A stretch of DNA of 64,000 bases from Candidatus Marinacidobacterales bacterium (lineage in GTDB: Bacteria; Acidobacteriota; Vicinamibacteria; Marinacidobacterales; DATDRI01): contig CBDCNP010000002.1 of NCBI GenBank assembly GCA_965219415.1, positions 5,152,001-5,216,000 on the forward strand, written 5' to 3'. The notes beneath the pieces are model-generated. The model made no database searches. It was not told the DNA's origin and saw only the letters and a list, made by a program, of their open reading frames with translations. The position numbers and the translations under genes are program-made. This document shows, piece after piece, positions 10,953 through 20,912 of the stretch (the first letter of the stretch is position 1; each line of letters begins with the position of its first letter).

Positions 10953-11800
10953 GGGCGAACCAGGATTCACTACCGGTTGCCACGATGTGCCGACTGCTGG
11001 ACGTCTCCGCCAGCGGCTACTATGCGTGGCTTGAGCGTGCCCCGTCGGCCCGCGCGGTGTCGGATGCGGAGTTGCTTGAGAAGATCCGGGCGATTCACAC
11101 CGCGTCGCGGAGCACGTACGGCGCGCCGAGGATCCTCCACGAGCTACGAGAGACACACGAGCTCCACGTCTCACGCAAGCGTGTAGCGCGGCTGATGCGC
11201 GAGGCTGGCATTCAAGGTGTTCACCGGCGCAAGAGGGCGCACACTACGATTCGCTGTGACGACGCCCGTCCCGCCCCCGATCTCGTCGACAGGAATTTCG
11301 AGGTGGACCGGCCCGACCGCCTGTGGGTCGCCGATATCACCTACGTGCCCACGTGGTCGGGCTTCTTGTTCCTCGCCGTCGTGCTGGACGCCTTCAGCCG
11401 ACGCATCGTCGGATGGGCAATGGCTACCCACCTGCGGACGTCGCTCGTCTTGAGCGCCCTCGACATGGCGCTGTTCCAACGCAAGCCCGGCGACGTCATC
11501 CATCACTCGGACCAGGGCACGCAGTACACGTCACTAGCGTTCGGCCAGCGATGCCGGGAGGCCGGGGTGCGACCGTCGATGGGTTCAGTCGGGGACTGTT
11601 ACGACAATGCGATGTGCGAGAGCTTCTTCGCGACGCTCGAGTGCGAGCTGATCGAGCGCCGGTCGTTTCGCTACCACGCTGAGGCGCGCATGGCGACCTT
11701 CGATTTCATCGAAGGCTGGTACAACCCGCGACGACGACACTCCGCCATCGACTATTGCTCGCCTATCCAATTCGAAAGGAGGTACTATCGCGACGCTTGA
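10949..11800 (+). CDS. IS3 OrfB (DDE)
   Basis: WVADITY, HHSDQG, DNAMCESFF; GTGA overlap with OrfA. Confidence 0.94.
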   Translation: MRANQDSLPVATMCRLLDVSASGYYAWLERAPSARAVSDAELLEKIRAIHTASRSTYGAPRILHELRETHELHVSRKRVARLMREAGIQGVHRRKRAHTTIRCDDARPAPDLVDRNFEVDRPDRLWVADITYVPTWSGFLFLAVVLDAFSRRIVGWAMATHLRTSLVLSALDMALFQRKPGDVIHHSDQGTQYTSLAFGQRCREAGVRPSMGSVGDCYDNAMCESFFATLECELIERRSFRYHAEARMATFDFIEGWYNPRRRHSAIDYCSPIQFERRYYRDA

Positions 11801-11919
11801 TCCCTAACTCTTAACCTGTCCACGAAAGCGGGGTCACTTCACTATTTCAAAAGGGCCGAGTTTTGGCACAGGACGGGAGTCTTCAAGCTTGACAGCCAGT
11901 TCCCAGGCGTCGAGGTGCC

Positions 11920-12030
11920 TGGCGCGAGTGCACCGCGTACCACTCCCGCGCACGGCGTTGCGCCTCACTCAGGTCCTTCAGGCGTCATCCGCTTGGCTAC
12001 GGCGTCGCCGTTCTTTGAATCTTCCCAGCT
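11920..12030 (-). pseudogene. Remnant of a Sel1-repeat protein C-terminus
   Basis: DAVAKRMTPE/DLSEAQRRAREWY across one frameshift. Confidence 0.55.
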
Positions 12031-12160
12031 TCGCCGCACGCGCGGTGTCCGTCTCAACCGCCGCGGGCGCGCCTACCACGAGGAGATCCGGCGCATCCTC
12101 GCCGACCTCGACGCAGCCACACGGCACCACGGCGACCGCCGACGGTTCCGTGGCTGCTAG
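12031..12160 (+). pseudogene. LysR-type regulator, second half of the HTH region (separated by inversion)
   Basis: RRTRGVRLNRRGRAYHEEIRRILADL. Confidence 0.75.
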
Positions 12161-12275
12161 AATCCCTCCGTCCGGCGATTCCAGGCGACGAAAGGACTTG
12201 CATCCAGAGTGCAAAATGTGCGATCACATAACAGCGTTTTGTCTACGCGCGCCGTCTGGAGGTTCGCCACAGTGT

Positions 12276-12445
12276 GGTGCTTCCGCCATTAAGTGTTGGT
12301 GAGATGAAGCTAAGACTTTACGCTGCATTAAATTACAGCCAAAATAGCGCTCACGACCTTCGCCGCGCGCTAAATGGAGCGTAAGCGCTTTTTTTGCAAA
12401 GGGATACGTACACATCACCAACAGCAAACAGCGCAAGCACACCAC
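12276..12445 (+). mobile_element. Orphan IS1-type end (copy B)
   Basis: Starts GGTGCTTCCGCCATTAAGTGTTG; inverted homolog of 9164-9334. Confidence 0.8.
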
Positions 12446-12481
12446 ATCTGTCATGCCCGGAACCGTAGTGGAGGGTACTTG

Positions 12482-14950
12482 ATGATTCGTCACGTTGGAA
12501 TTTTGTGCCTGTTCCTGCTCGTCACATGGCCGGCGTCCGGGTCGGCGCAGACCGGAAGCGTTACCGGCAGCGTCGTCGACCAGACCGGTCTGGTGCTGCC
12601 GGGCGCCACCGTGACGCTGCGCGGAGACGGCGTACCGCGCACCGCCTATTCGGACGAGCGGGGCAACTTCGAGCTGGCCGGGGTCGCGCCGGGCGCGTAT
12701 ACGCTGACCGTGTCGCTCGCCGGTTTCTCCGACACGACCGTCGAGGACATGAGGGTATCTGGCACGCCGCTCGAGCTGCCGTCGATCGAGCTGCAGCTCG
12801 CCAGCTTCGGCGACACGGTGGTCGTGACCGCGTCGCGCAGTGAAGTCCGATTGCTCGATGCGCCGGTATCGACGTCGGTTATCTCTGCCTCGACGCTGGA
12901 GACCACGCCGGCCCAGAACTACGGCGACCTCCTGCGCGCGACCCCTGGCGTCAACGTCATTCAGCTCTCGGCGCGCGACGTGCAGGTGGCCAGCCGTAGC
13001 GCCGGCAACACGCTGACCAACACGCAACTCGTGCTGGTGGACGGGCGCAGCGTCTACCTCGACTTTTTCGGCCTCATCCTGTGGGACCTGCTGCCGACCA
13101 ACTTTAACGACGTGGAGCAGATCGAGGTGGTGCGCGGGCCGGCGTCGGCGGTGTGGGGCGCCAACGCCATGACCGGGGCGGTCAACATCATCACCAAGCC
13201 GCCGCGGGAATCGGTCGGCACGACGGTGACGCTCAGCGGCGGGTACATCGACCGCAACGACGGCTCGGGCGTGGGACTCAGCGCCGGGTCGATGTTCGGC
13301 GCCAACGCAACCGTGACGCGGGCGCCAAGCGATCGGCTGTCGTACCGCGTCAGCGCCGGCTACTTCACGTCTGACGCCTTTGCACGGCCGACCGGCCAGA
13401 TCCCGGTGATCGACGACCCGCGTCAGCCGAGCCAGACCGTGGGCGGGGCATTCTATCCGCTCGACTCGGCCACCGCCGGCTTCGGGACAGGATTCGCGAA
13501 CCGGGGCACCAGCCAGCCGAAGTTCGAGGTGCGGGTCGACCAGGAACTGTCCGATGCCACCATCACTTACTCGGGCGGCGTGGCCGGCACGGAAGGAATC
13601 GTCCACAGCGGAATCGGTCCGTTCGACATGCAGTCGGGGACATATCTGGCCTACGGCAAGTTGAATTACACGCGGGGCGACCTGCAGATACAGTTCTTCG
13701 CGAACTTCCTGGACGGCAAGGCACCGAACCTGTTGCTGCCGGACATCGCCACCGGGATGCCGCTGCAGCTCGACTTCAAGTCACAGACGTTCGACGGCGA
13801 GATCGGCCACTCGGTGTTCCTCGGAAGCCGGCACCGGCTGAACTACGGCGGCAACGTACGGCAGAACAACTTCGACATCACCCTCGCACCGCTTGGCGAG
13901 AACCGCCTCGAGGTGGGCGGGTACCTACAGGACGAGATCTTCTGGGAACGGTTCCGCCTCGTGCTGGGCGGGCGGGTGGACAAGTTTGGCAACCTGTCAG
14001 ATCCGAAGTTCTCGCCGCGCATCGCGTTCATCGTCAAGCCGGCGGAGGATCACTCCGTCACGCTGTCGTACAACCATGCGTTCCGCGCGCCGTCGGTCAT
14101 CAACAACTTCCTCCAGACGAGCATCGTTAGCCCAGTGGACCTGAGCGGCTTGGCGCCGCTGCTGCCGCCACCGCTACAACCAGCCGTCGCCCAACCGTTT
14201 CCGCTCATCGTCAACGCGGTCGGCAGCGACATCCCGATCGGCGGAATGACCCAGGAGAAGTTGCTCGAGGAATCGCTGACGGCGTACGAAGTGAGCTACA
14301 CTGGCGTGCTCCCGCGCGGCACGACGCTCGGCGGCTCGTTCTACGTCAACCGCCGCGACGATTCCATCAACTTCGTCTCCCTGCCGCGGTCACTCGACCC
14401 GTACACCGCGACAAATCCGCCGCCCGGCTGGCGGCTCCCGCCGTTCGTGCTAGCGCAGATAGCGCAGCGCGGGATCTTTCTGCCGCGCACGGCGTTAACA
14501 TACCTGAATCTAGGTCCGATCCGCCAGACCGGCGTGGAGCTGTGGCTCGACCAGCAGTTCTCGCGCTCGGTGGCCGCGTCCATCAACTATTCGTGGCAAT
14601 CCGAGCCGAAGATCCTGGACGACCCGAACCCGTATTTGCCGGCGGAGCTCAACCTACCCCCAACGCACCGGTTCAACGCCGCGATGACGTGGAACGGGTC
14701 GAGGCTGCTGGGCTCCGCCTCGGTGAATGCCGCTACCGACGCGTTCTGGAGCGATGTGCTCACGTCGGCGTATCACGGCTACACCGACGGGTACGCGACG
14801 GTGAATGGTAGTTTCGGGGTGAAGTGGAAGGGAGGCACTGTCACGACGACGGTGAAGGTGACCAACCTGTTCAACCAAACTGTCCAGCAGCACATCTTCG
14901 GCGACCTGCTACGGCGAACCGTGCTGGGCGAGGTGAAGTTCAGGTTCTGA
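12482..14950 (+). CDS. TonB-dependent receptor with N-terminal carboxypeptidase-regulatory-like domain
   Basis: Signal peptide MIRHVGILCLFLL..SAQ, TonB box DTVVVTAS, plug motif IEVVRGPASAVWGANAMTGAVNIITK, C-terminal Phe. Confidence 0.93.
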   Translation: MIRHVGILCLFLLVTWPASGSAQTGSVTGSVVDQTGLVLPGATVTLRGDGVPRTAYSDERGNFELAGVAPGAYTLTVSLAGFSDTTVEDMRVSGTPLELPSIELQLASFGDTVVVTASRSEVRLLDAPVSTSVISASTLETTPAQNYGDLLRATPGVNVIQLSARDVQVASRSAGNTLTNTQLVLVDGRSVYLDFFGLILWDLLPTNFNDVEQIEVVRGPASAVWGANAMTGAVNIITKPPRESVGTTVTLSGGYIDRNDGSGVGLSAGSMFGANATVTRAPSDRLSYRVSAGYFTSDAFARPTGQIPVIDDPRQPSQTVGGAFYPLDSATAGFGTGFANRGTSQPKFEVRVDQELSDATITYSGGVAGTEGIVHSGIGPFDMQSGTYLAYGKLNYTRGDLQIQFFANFLDGKAPNLLLPDIATGMPLQLDFKSQTFDGEIGHSVFLGSRHRLNYGGNVRQNNFDITLAPLGENRLEVGGYLQDEIFWERFRLVLGGRVDKFGNLSDPKFSPRIAFIVKPAEDHSVTLSYNHAFRAPSVINNFLQTSIVSPVDLSGLAPLLPPPLQPAVAQPFPLIVNAVGSDIPIGGMTQEKLLEESLTAYEVSYTGVLPRGTTLGGSFYVNRRDDSINFVSLPRSLDPYTATNPPPGWRLPPFVLAQIAQRGIFLPRTALTYLNLGPIRQTGVELWLDQQFSRSVAASINYSWQSEPKILDDPNPYLPAELNLPPTHRFNAAMTWNGSRLLGSASVNAATDAFWSDVLTSAYHGYTDGYATVNGSFGVKWKGGTVTTTVKVTNLFNQTVQQHIFGDLLRRTVLGEVKFRF

Positions 14951-14980
14951 CGCGCGGGTCAGCGCAAGCAAGCCTCGGAA

Positions 14981-15134
14981 GAGCGAACAACGGGGCACGG
15001 AGATGGCCCTCCCGGATGCGGTGGGCGACGGCGGCCGGTGTGACCTGAAGTTCCTCGGCGGCGCGTACGAAGTTCTCGTGCCGTGCGGCAGCGTCGAAGA
15101 AGCGGAGGCAATCGAGCGGTGGCAGGGCCTGCAT
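14981..15134 (-). pseudogene. LysR-type (GcvA-like) regulator, N-terminal HTH half
   Basis: MQALPPLDCLRFFDAAARHENFVRAAEELQVTPAAVAHRIR..PLFA. Confidence 0.85.
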
Positions 15135-15450
15135 GGTGCCCCACAGCATACAAGTCTATTTTGTGATTGACAAAACTAGTTTTTCTCATGTTTCAGGCTC
15201 AACTTGCTGCGTTACTGCGCCCTAGCGTGCGCGATACGTACTTGCAGACATAGTAGCGGGCATTGGGGGGTGCGTCGTCAGGGCCTGTGGCTTGTGATGA
15301 TGGCTAATTTAAATTATGTCTATGTAGTATGAAAATATTACTGTAAACAACTCACAGAATTTGGATATATAAAGGCAACAGGCATGGCGATCAATTCCTG
15401 CGCTGGGCTGCACCACTCAATGGTCCGAAATAGGAGAAACGCTAAAATGT

Positions 15451-15516
15451 GGTGCTTCCGCCATTAAGTGTTGGTAAAATGACGCTAAGACTTTACGGTG
15501 CATTAAATTACAGCCA
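15451..15516 (+). mobile_element. Orphan IS1-type end (copy C, short), fused to an rve-element end
   Basis: GGTGCTTCCGCCATTAAGTGTTGG..TTACAGCCA matches copy B. Confidence 0.78.
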
Positions 15517-15554
15517 TGGTCTTTCAAAAGGGCCGAGTTTTGGCACAGGACGGG

Positions 15555-16074
15555 GAAGGCGCTGGCCGCCGTCGATAGCGCCCTGGAAGCCGACGCCCCT
15601 AAGCCGACCCTTCTCGCAACTCGAGGTCGTCTGTTGCTCGCACTGGGCCGAACCGAAGAGGCGGTCGGCGCGCTCGAGCAAGCATCGCCCGGACTGAAGG
15701 ACCCCACCGAGAAAGCGGCGGTCGTTAAGACGCTGGCGACGCTTTACGGAAACAAAGGCGAGCTCGATAAGGCGATCGACTATTTCGAGCAAGCCGCTAC
15801 TCTCACTCCGAATGACTCCGAGATCATGGCGAATCTGGCGCTCACTCTCGTGCGGGCCGGACGGACGGGAGAAGCGCTCGAGCCCCTCACCCGCGCCATC
15901 GAGCTCCGCCCTAAGGAGGTGCGTCTGCTCAATCTCAAGGCGGAAATCCTTTACCGGGAGGGAGAGCTAGAGGGCAGCCGCGATCTGCTGCGTCGTTCGC
16001 TCGCTCTCCGCCCCGATCAGCCTCGTATCAAGGCGGCTTTGGCCGAAGTCGAGGCCAAACTCGAGTCGCCTTAA
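15555..16074 (+). pseudogene. TPR protein, N-terminally truncated
   Basis: Several TPR motifs (LATLYGNKGELDKAIDYFEQAATLTP); reading frame runs back into the element end. Confidence 0.75.
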
Positions 16075-16096
16075 AGCAAAGGAAGGAGTGGCTATC

Positions 16097-17209
16097 ATGT
16101 CTAGCGTTTCAGCGAACCGAATCAGTCTGTTTCTCTTTGGATTGGTAATGATCACGCTGGTGCCGGTGGCGGAGGGTAACGGGAGACTGACCTATCAGAC
16201 CGTTCATGGCACGGGTTTGGAAGGAAATCTCTTGGGAGACTCTCCGAATCGACAGGTGATGGTGTACTTGCCTCCTAGCTACACGACCGCGCCGACCAAG
16301 CGCTATCCCACCGTCTACTTTCTCCATGGCTACAACGGAACCAGCACCATCTGGCGAGATGGCGCCTACCAAGGGTTCAACATCCTCACCGCGATGGATG
16401 AGCTCATCGAGGAAGGAAAGATTCGAGAAATGATCGTGGTGATGCCCGATGGCCGGAACGCTTACGGGGGAACCTATTTCGTCAACTCGTCGGTCACCGG
16501 AAACTGGGAGGACTTCGTCACTCAAGACCTAGTCTCCTACATCGATACCACGTACCGCACCATCCCCGAGTCGGGCAGCCGGGGCGTCGCCGGCCAGTCC
16601 ATGGGCGGGTTTTCCGCCATCTATATCGCGATGAGAAACCCGGAGGTCTTCAGCACCGTTTTCGCCATGAGCGCCTGTTGCTTGGACATGGTCGCGGAAG
16701 TTGGAGCCGAATATCCCGAATGGATAGCAACGCTCGGCCTGAAGGACCGGCAAGATCTCGTTGAGAGCCACTTGACGACACCAAGCCAAGGAAACTACCC
16801 CAACGCCATCACCGCTCTCGCCGCGGCTCTGTCTCCCAATCCGGAGAAGCCTCCCCTCTACGTCGACTACCCATTCGAGCGGGTAAACGGAAGGGTTCAA
16901 CCGAACGAAAGCGCCTACAACAAGTGGAAGGAGAACTTTCCCGTCTACATGGTGGACGCGTACCGTTCGAACCTGCTCAAACTAAAGGGCATTCATTTCA
17001 CCGCCGGCATCTCCGACCACTTGGCACATATCCCTTTGGGGAGCCGGGCGTTTTCGCACGCTCTCACCAGGGCGGGAATCCCCCACGTCTTCGAGATGGA
17101 CGGCGCGAATCATCGGGAGTTGGTGCGAGAGTGGATCGAAGCCAGGGCACTTCCCTTCTTTTCGCTGCTGCTCACCCATCAGAGTCTGACGTGGACCGAC
17201 ACGGAGTAG
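16097..17209 (+). CDS. Secreted alpha/beta-hydrolase, putative esterase family
   Basis: VYLPPSY, YPTVYFLHG, GQSMGG nucleophile elbow; signal peptide; GGAAGGAG RBS. Confidence 0.88.
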   Translation: MSSVSANRISLFLFGLVMITLVPVAEGNGRLTYQTVHGTGLEGNLLGDSPNRQVMVYLPPSYTTAPTKRYPTVYFLHGYNGTSTIWRDGAYQGFNILTAMDELIEEGKIREMIVVMPDGRNAYGGTYFVNSSVTGNWEDFVTQDLVSYIDTTYRTIPESGSRGVAGQSMGGFSAIYIAMRNPEVFSTVFAMSACCLDMVAEVGAEYPEWIATLGLKDRQDLVESHLTTPSQGNYPNAITALAAALSPNPEKPPLYVDYPFERVNGRVQPNESAYNKWKENFPVYMVDAYRSNLLKLKGIHFTAGISDHLAHIPLGSRAFSHALTRAGIPHVFEMDGANHRELVREWIEARALPFFSLLLTHQSLTWTDTE

Positions 17210-17220
17210 ACGATCCGGAT

Positions 17221-17676
17221 ATGGTGACCAGCATTGGTTCAAAGTCGATTGTGTTCTTGTTCGTCGTCCTGTTTCATATTGGATGTGCCGGCAAAACTGA
17301 AAACCAACGCCTCGCACCGAGCGAACACGAAGAGTTTACTCAATATATGGTCAAGGGCCAGAAACTCTACAACCTAAACTGCGCCAATTGTCATCAACAC
17401 AATGGAAAAGGACTGGGGAGGGTGTTCCCCCCTCTGAACGATTCCGATTATATGGAGGCGAATTTCAATCAAGTCATCTGTCTTATCAAAAACGGGCGGG
17501 AAGGAGAAATGACTGTAAATGGCATTCTGTTCAACGAACCGATGCCCGGTACACCTCACCTGACGAATTTGGAGCTTGCAGAAGTCACGACCTATATCTA
17601 CAACGCATGGAGTCACAAGAAAGGCATGATTACGGTGAGTGAAGTAGAGACGGTGCTGGAGAATTCCTGTGAGTGA
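17221..17676 (+). CDS. Monoheme cytochrome c, probable lipoprotein
   Basis: CANCH heme motif, FPPL, distal Met (EPMP), lipobox-like HIGC. Confidence 0.85.
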   Translation: MVTSIGSKSIVFLFVVLFHIGCAGKTENQRLAPSEHEEFTQYMVKGQKLYNLNCANCHQHNGKGLGRVFPPLNDSDYMEANFNQVICLIKNGREGEMTVNGILFNEPMPGTPHLTNLELAEVTTYIYNAWSHKKGMITVSEVETVLENSCE

Positions 17677-17727
17677 TTCGTATTCCCTTGACACTTTCAA
17701 ACCCAGGGCCTAAGGTGAGAATCTTCA

Positions 17728-18939
17728 GGTGCTTCCGCCATGAAGTGTTGGTGGCTGCCGCGTAACCCGTTCGCGTGCTAGAGTTTGAACCAGAATTCTG
17801 AAGACACAGTTCTCTCATCGTCAGGGCCGAGCAGAAGTGAAGAATCGCAGATGTCTCAGTCCCGTATGTCCGTCGTATGGAAAAGTCGGTTCCAGAAGCA
17901 TTATTCACAACGGATTCTACAGAACGAGGTCCGGGAAACGCCGTCGATACCGGTGCGGCGAGTGCGGAAAGACGTTCTCTTCGACGAAAGGCACGCCCTA
18001 CTACCGTCTCCAACATCGAAGAGCTACTTTCGATGGGGTCATCGCTCTCAGAGTCGAGGTTGTCAGCATTGCTGCGATTTCCCGGATCAAAGGGATTGCC
18101 TGGAACACCGTCGCCCGCTGGCTCGAGAAGGCAGCCCAAGTGTGTCGTCGATTCAATCACAGAAGGATCGCCGGCTTCGCTGCCGAAGAGCTTCAAGCCG
18201 AGCTTCAAGCCGACGAGATTCGCACGTTCGCGGGCAACAAGAAGACGCCGAGTTGGGTCTTCGTTACGATCGAGGTCTGGTCTCGGCTCTGGCCATCGAC
18301 GGTGACGGGAAGGCGAAGCTACCGGAACACTCACGCCCTGTTTCGCGACCTTTCGAGGCGGATGAATTTCGAGGGTCTTCCCTTGATCGTCACGGATGGA
18401 TTCGAATTCTACCAGAAGGTCATCCGTCGCTTCTTCGGTCCAGCGTGTCTCTACGGCCAGGTCCTCAAGACGCGCAGGAACGATCGTATCATCAAGGTCG
18501 AACGGAGAGCGCTGCACGGAGCCGCGTGGCGATTCGAAGACGCGCTCAATAACTCCGAGGACTCCTCAACATTGAACACGTCGTTCATCGAGCGGTTGAA
18601 TCTGACCATCCGGCAAAGCTCGGCATACCTTTCGAGACGAACACTTTCCCACGCTCGCTCGACGGAGAGGCTCGATGAGCACCTGGAGTTGCTCCGTTGC
18701 TATTACAACTTCGTCCGACCGCACGGAGCTCTGAAGTTCGGACGTGAGATCCGAACTCCGGCTATGCAAGCCGGTCTGACCACGCGACGGCTCACCTTTC
18801 GAGACATCTTCTTGGCGACGACGATTCCTTTGTGGTTGCGGATCGAGGTTTTCCTGCTCACTAGGGCGCGCAACCCGGTCTCTTCCACACCTGTACCACT
18901 GCCCGCAGCCGCGTAGCAACACTTGATGGCGGAAGCACC
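17728..18939 (+). mobile_element. IS1-family element with single-ORF transposase (17837-18916)
   Basis: TIRs GGTGCTTCCGCCATSAAGTGTTG; Zn-finger C..C..CGEC, ADE, VTDG, IERLNLTIR and RTPAM motifs; no exact TSD. Confidence 0.9.
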
Positions 18940-18961
18940 TCTCTTTATGCCGGGGTCGTGA

Positions 18962-20048
18962 TGCCTTGGTGCACAACTCCGATAGAGGCCGAGAGCTCGC
19001 TTGGCCCCGACTCCCATCATCCGATCATCTCGCTATCAGGCATCCCGAGCGCCGTCATGGTGTTGAGAATCTTGCACCCGATCCTTGCCTCACCTCTCTG
19101 TGCCGCCAACCCTCTCGCTCGCATCGCTGAGCCCACGATAGCCTTGTAGCGATGGAACGTTGTCTCGACTTTGCTCCGTTTGCTGTAGCCCGATTCTGTG
19201 TGCCACTTTCGTTTGCCGAGCCGAGCTTGTGCTGCAATGTTGCGATTGCGCTGTCGGCTGCTCGCCGGCCCCGATGCGAGCAGGGCGCCCTTGCGCGGCG
19301 GTATCAGCACCCTCGGCGAGCGATGAGCGCTGTGATTCTCGATTGCCTCATAGACGCCGCCGGCGTCGTATGCGGTGTCAGCTCTGGCCGATGAGATGGG
19401 ACTGTCGATCTGTCCGACAAGCGATGCAACCCGCAATGAATCACGGGCTCTTTTGCTCGTCAGCTCGCCGGCGACGACTTCGCCACTCTGCTCGTCGACA
19501 CACAGATGGAGCTTGCGATAGTCCCTGCTCTTTTGTGCTCTGCGCAGCTGGCCGGCGTGGACAGCGAGACCGCTGCTGTCGAACAAGATGTGCAACGGCG
19601 TCTTCTGCTTGACTTGGTAGAAGGGGACCTTACCCAGCTTCGGCTTGCGCCTCGAGATCGTGGTGTGATCGGGCACATCATTGTCTAGCTTCATCAGAGC
19701 GAACAACGACCGCAGCAATCCCTCGCTCTGCCTAGATGACAGATGAAACACCATGCCCAGGGTGACAGCCGTCTCGATGGCGTGGTTCGAGTACTTGCGT
19801 TGACGGCCCGGTTTCCTCCTCCTTGGCCGGGGCGCGTCCCAGTTCACAAGCTTGCCGGCGGTGAGCGAGATCCAGACGGTCAGGCTCCCGCGGTTGCGTA
19901 GACCCGCCTCATATTCACGCCAATTCCTCACGCGATAGGCCTTCTTCACATACTTCCGCTGAGTGCGTTTGAAAATGCTCATGGGGAACCTCGTATCCGC
20001 GAGTACAGGACAATTGTGGACCGAGATCGAGAGTTGTGCACCAAGGCA
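18962..20048 (-). mobile_element. IS5-family (IS903-like) element, transposase 19017-19982
   Basis: Perfect 18-bp TIR TGCCTTGGTGCACAACTC; YRVRNWREYEAGLRNRGSLTVW, DSSG, ADTAYD, YSKRSKVET motifs. Confidence 0.93.
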
Positions 20049-20065
20049 GCGTGTGAGGGGTTCTC

Positions 20066-20912
20066 ATGCCGATGAAGCTCGGTGAGTTGATCGTCCAAGA
20101 AAAGCTTGTAACACCAGAGCAACTGGAAGAAGCGCTCGTCTACCAACGTCAATCCGGCGGGAGAGTCGGGGAGATTCTCGTCAAACTAGGATTCGCGACG
20201 GATGAGCAGATCGCGGAGATGGTCGCTCGTAAGTACGATGTGCCCGTCATCGATCTGCCGAGCCTGCCCATCGATGGCTCGGTGCTCAAGCTGATCCCTG
20301 CCGAGACCGCTCAAGCTTACCAGTTGTTTCCAGTCTCGGCATCCGGGGCCACCCTCACCGTGGCCATGGCGGATCCCACGAACGTCTTCGCCATAGACGA
20401 TCTGCGATTCATGACCGGTTACAACATCGAGCCGGTCGTGGCTCCGGGAGCGGCCGTTATGGAGGCAATCGAGAAACATTACGAGTCCGCCCACACCCGC
20501 CAGGTCCACGACGCCATCCGGGAGGCGGAAGACATTGATCTTGAGAAACTAGAGCGATCCAGCGATGAAGCGCCGGTGGTGAAGCTCTGCAACCTAATCC
20601 TCACCGATGCTCTGCGGCGCGACTCGAGCGAGATCCATATCGAGCCTTTCGAACATGAGGTCCGGGTGCGGTTCCGAATTGATGGGGTGCTCTGGATCGG
20701 GTCGAACCAGGCAAGGGCTGCGAAGCGTGCAACAACACTGGTTACCGGGGACGAATAGGGCTCTTCGAGGTGATCTGGAAGGAGCGTCCTCGATGGATCT
20801 TCGAGAGCAGGCTACGAGTGAGGGCATGATCACGCTGAGAACTAGCGGGCTCGAGAAGATCGCCGATGGGCTCACCACGATCGAGGAAGTCGTCAGGGAA
20901 ACCGTCAAGTAG
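20066..20912 (+). pseudogene. pilB: PilB/GspE assembly ATPase with the ATPase core deleted
   Basis: MshEN-like and N-domain up to VRFRIDGVL, then directly GKGCEACNNTGYRGRIGLFEV and GMITLR..TTIEEVVRET in other frames; no Walker A/B. Confidence 0.88.

Larger units (their letters stand above)
10584..11841 (+). mobile_element. Complete IS3-family element with TG..CA ends and 3-bp target duplication CTA
   Basis: TIRs TGGACTTGACCCGCTTTCGTGGACA / TGTCCACGAAAGCGGGGTCACTTCA; CTA at 10581-10583 and 11842-11844. Confidence 0.96.
9335..15554 (+). repeat. Three direct copies of AAAGGGCCGAGTTTTGGCACAGGACGGG (9335-9362, 11850-11877, 15527-15554), probable right end of the rve element
   Basis: Identical 28-mer; copy 2 lies downstream of the rve transposase once IS3 is removed. 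Confidence 0.88.

Noticed and set aside
12374-12481. N-terminal extension MERKRFF.. on the TonB receptor
   Set aside because: It derives from IS1-type end B (same peptide at 9234 on the minus strand); the signal peptide and RBS fit ATG 12482
12224-13606. 460-aa minus-strand ORF (likewise 17630-18517, 26061-27167 and 59191-60255)
   Set aside because: Antisense shadows of GC-rich genes with no recognisable motifs
16924-17220. Long N-terminus on the cytochrome c
   Set aside because: It overlaps the esterase in another frame; the signal peptide starts at 17221
18953-20057. Target-site duplications for IS5 and IS1
   Set aside because: Flanks match only partly (about 5 of 8 bases), so no TSD was called
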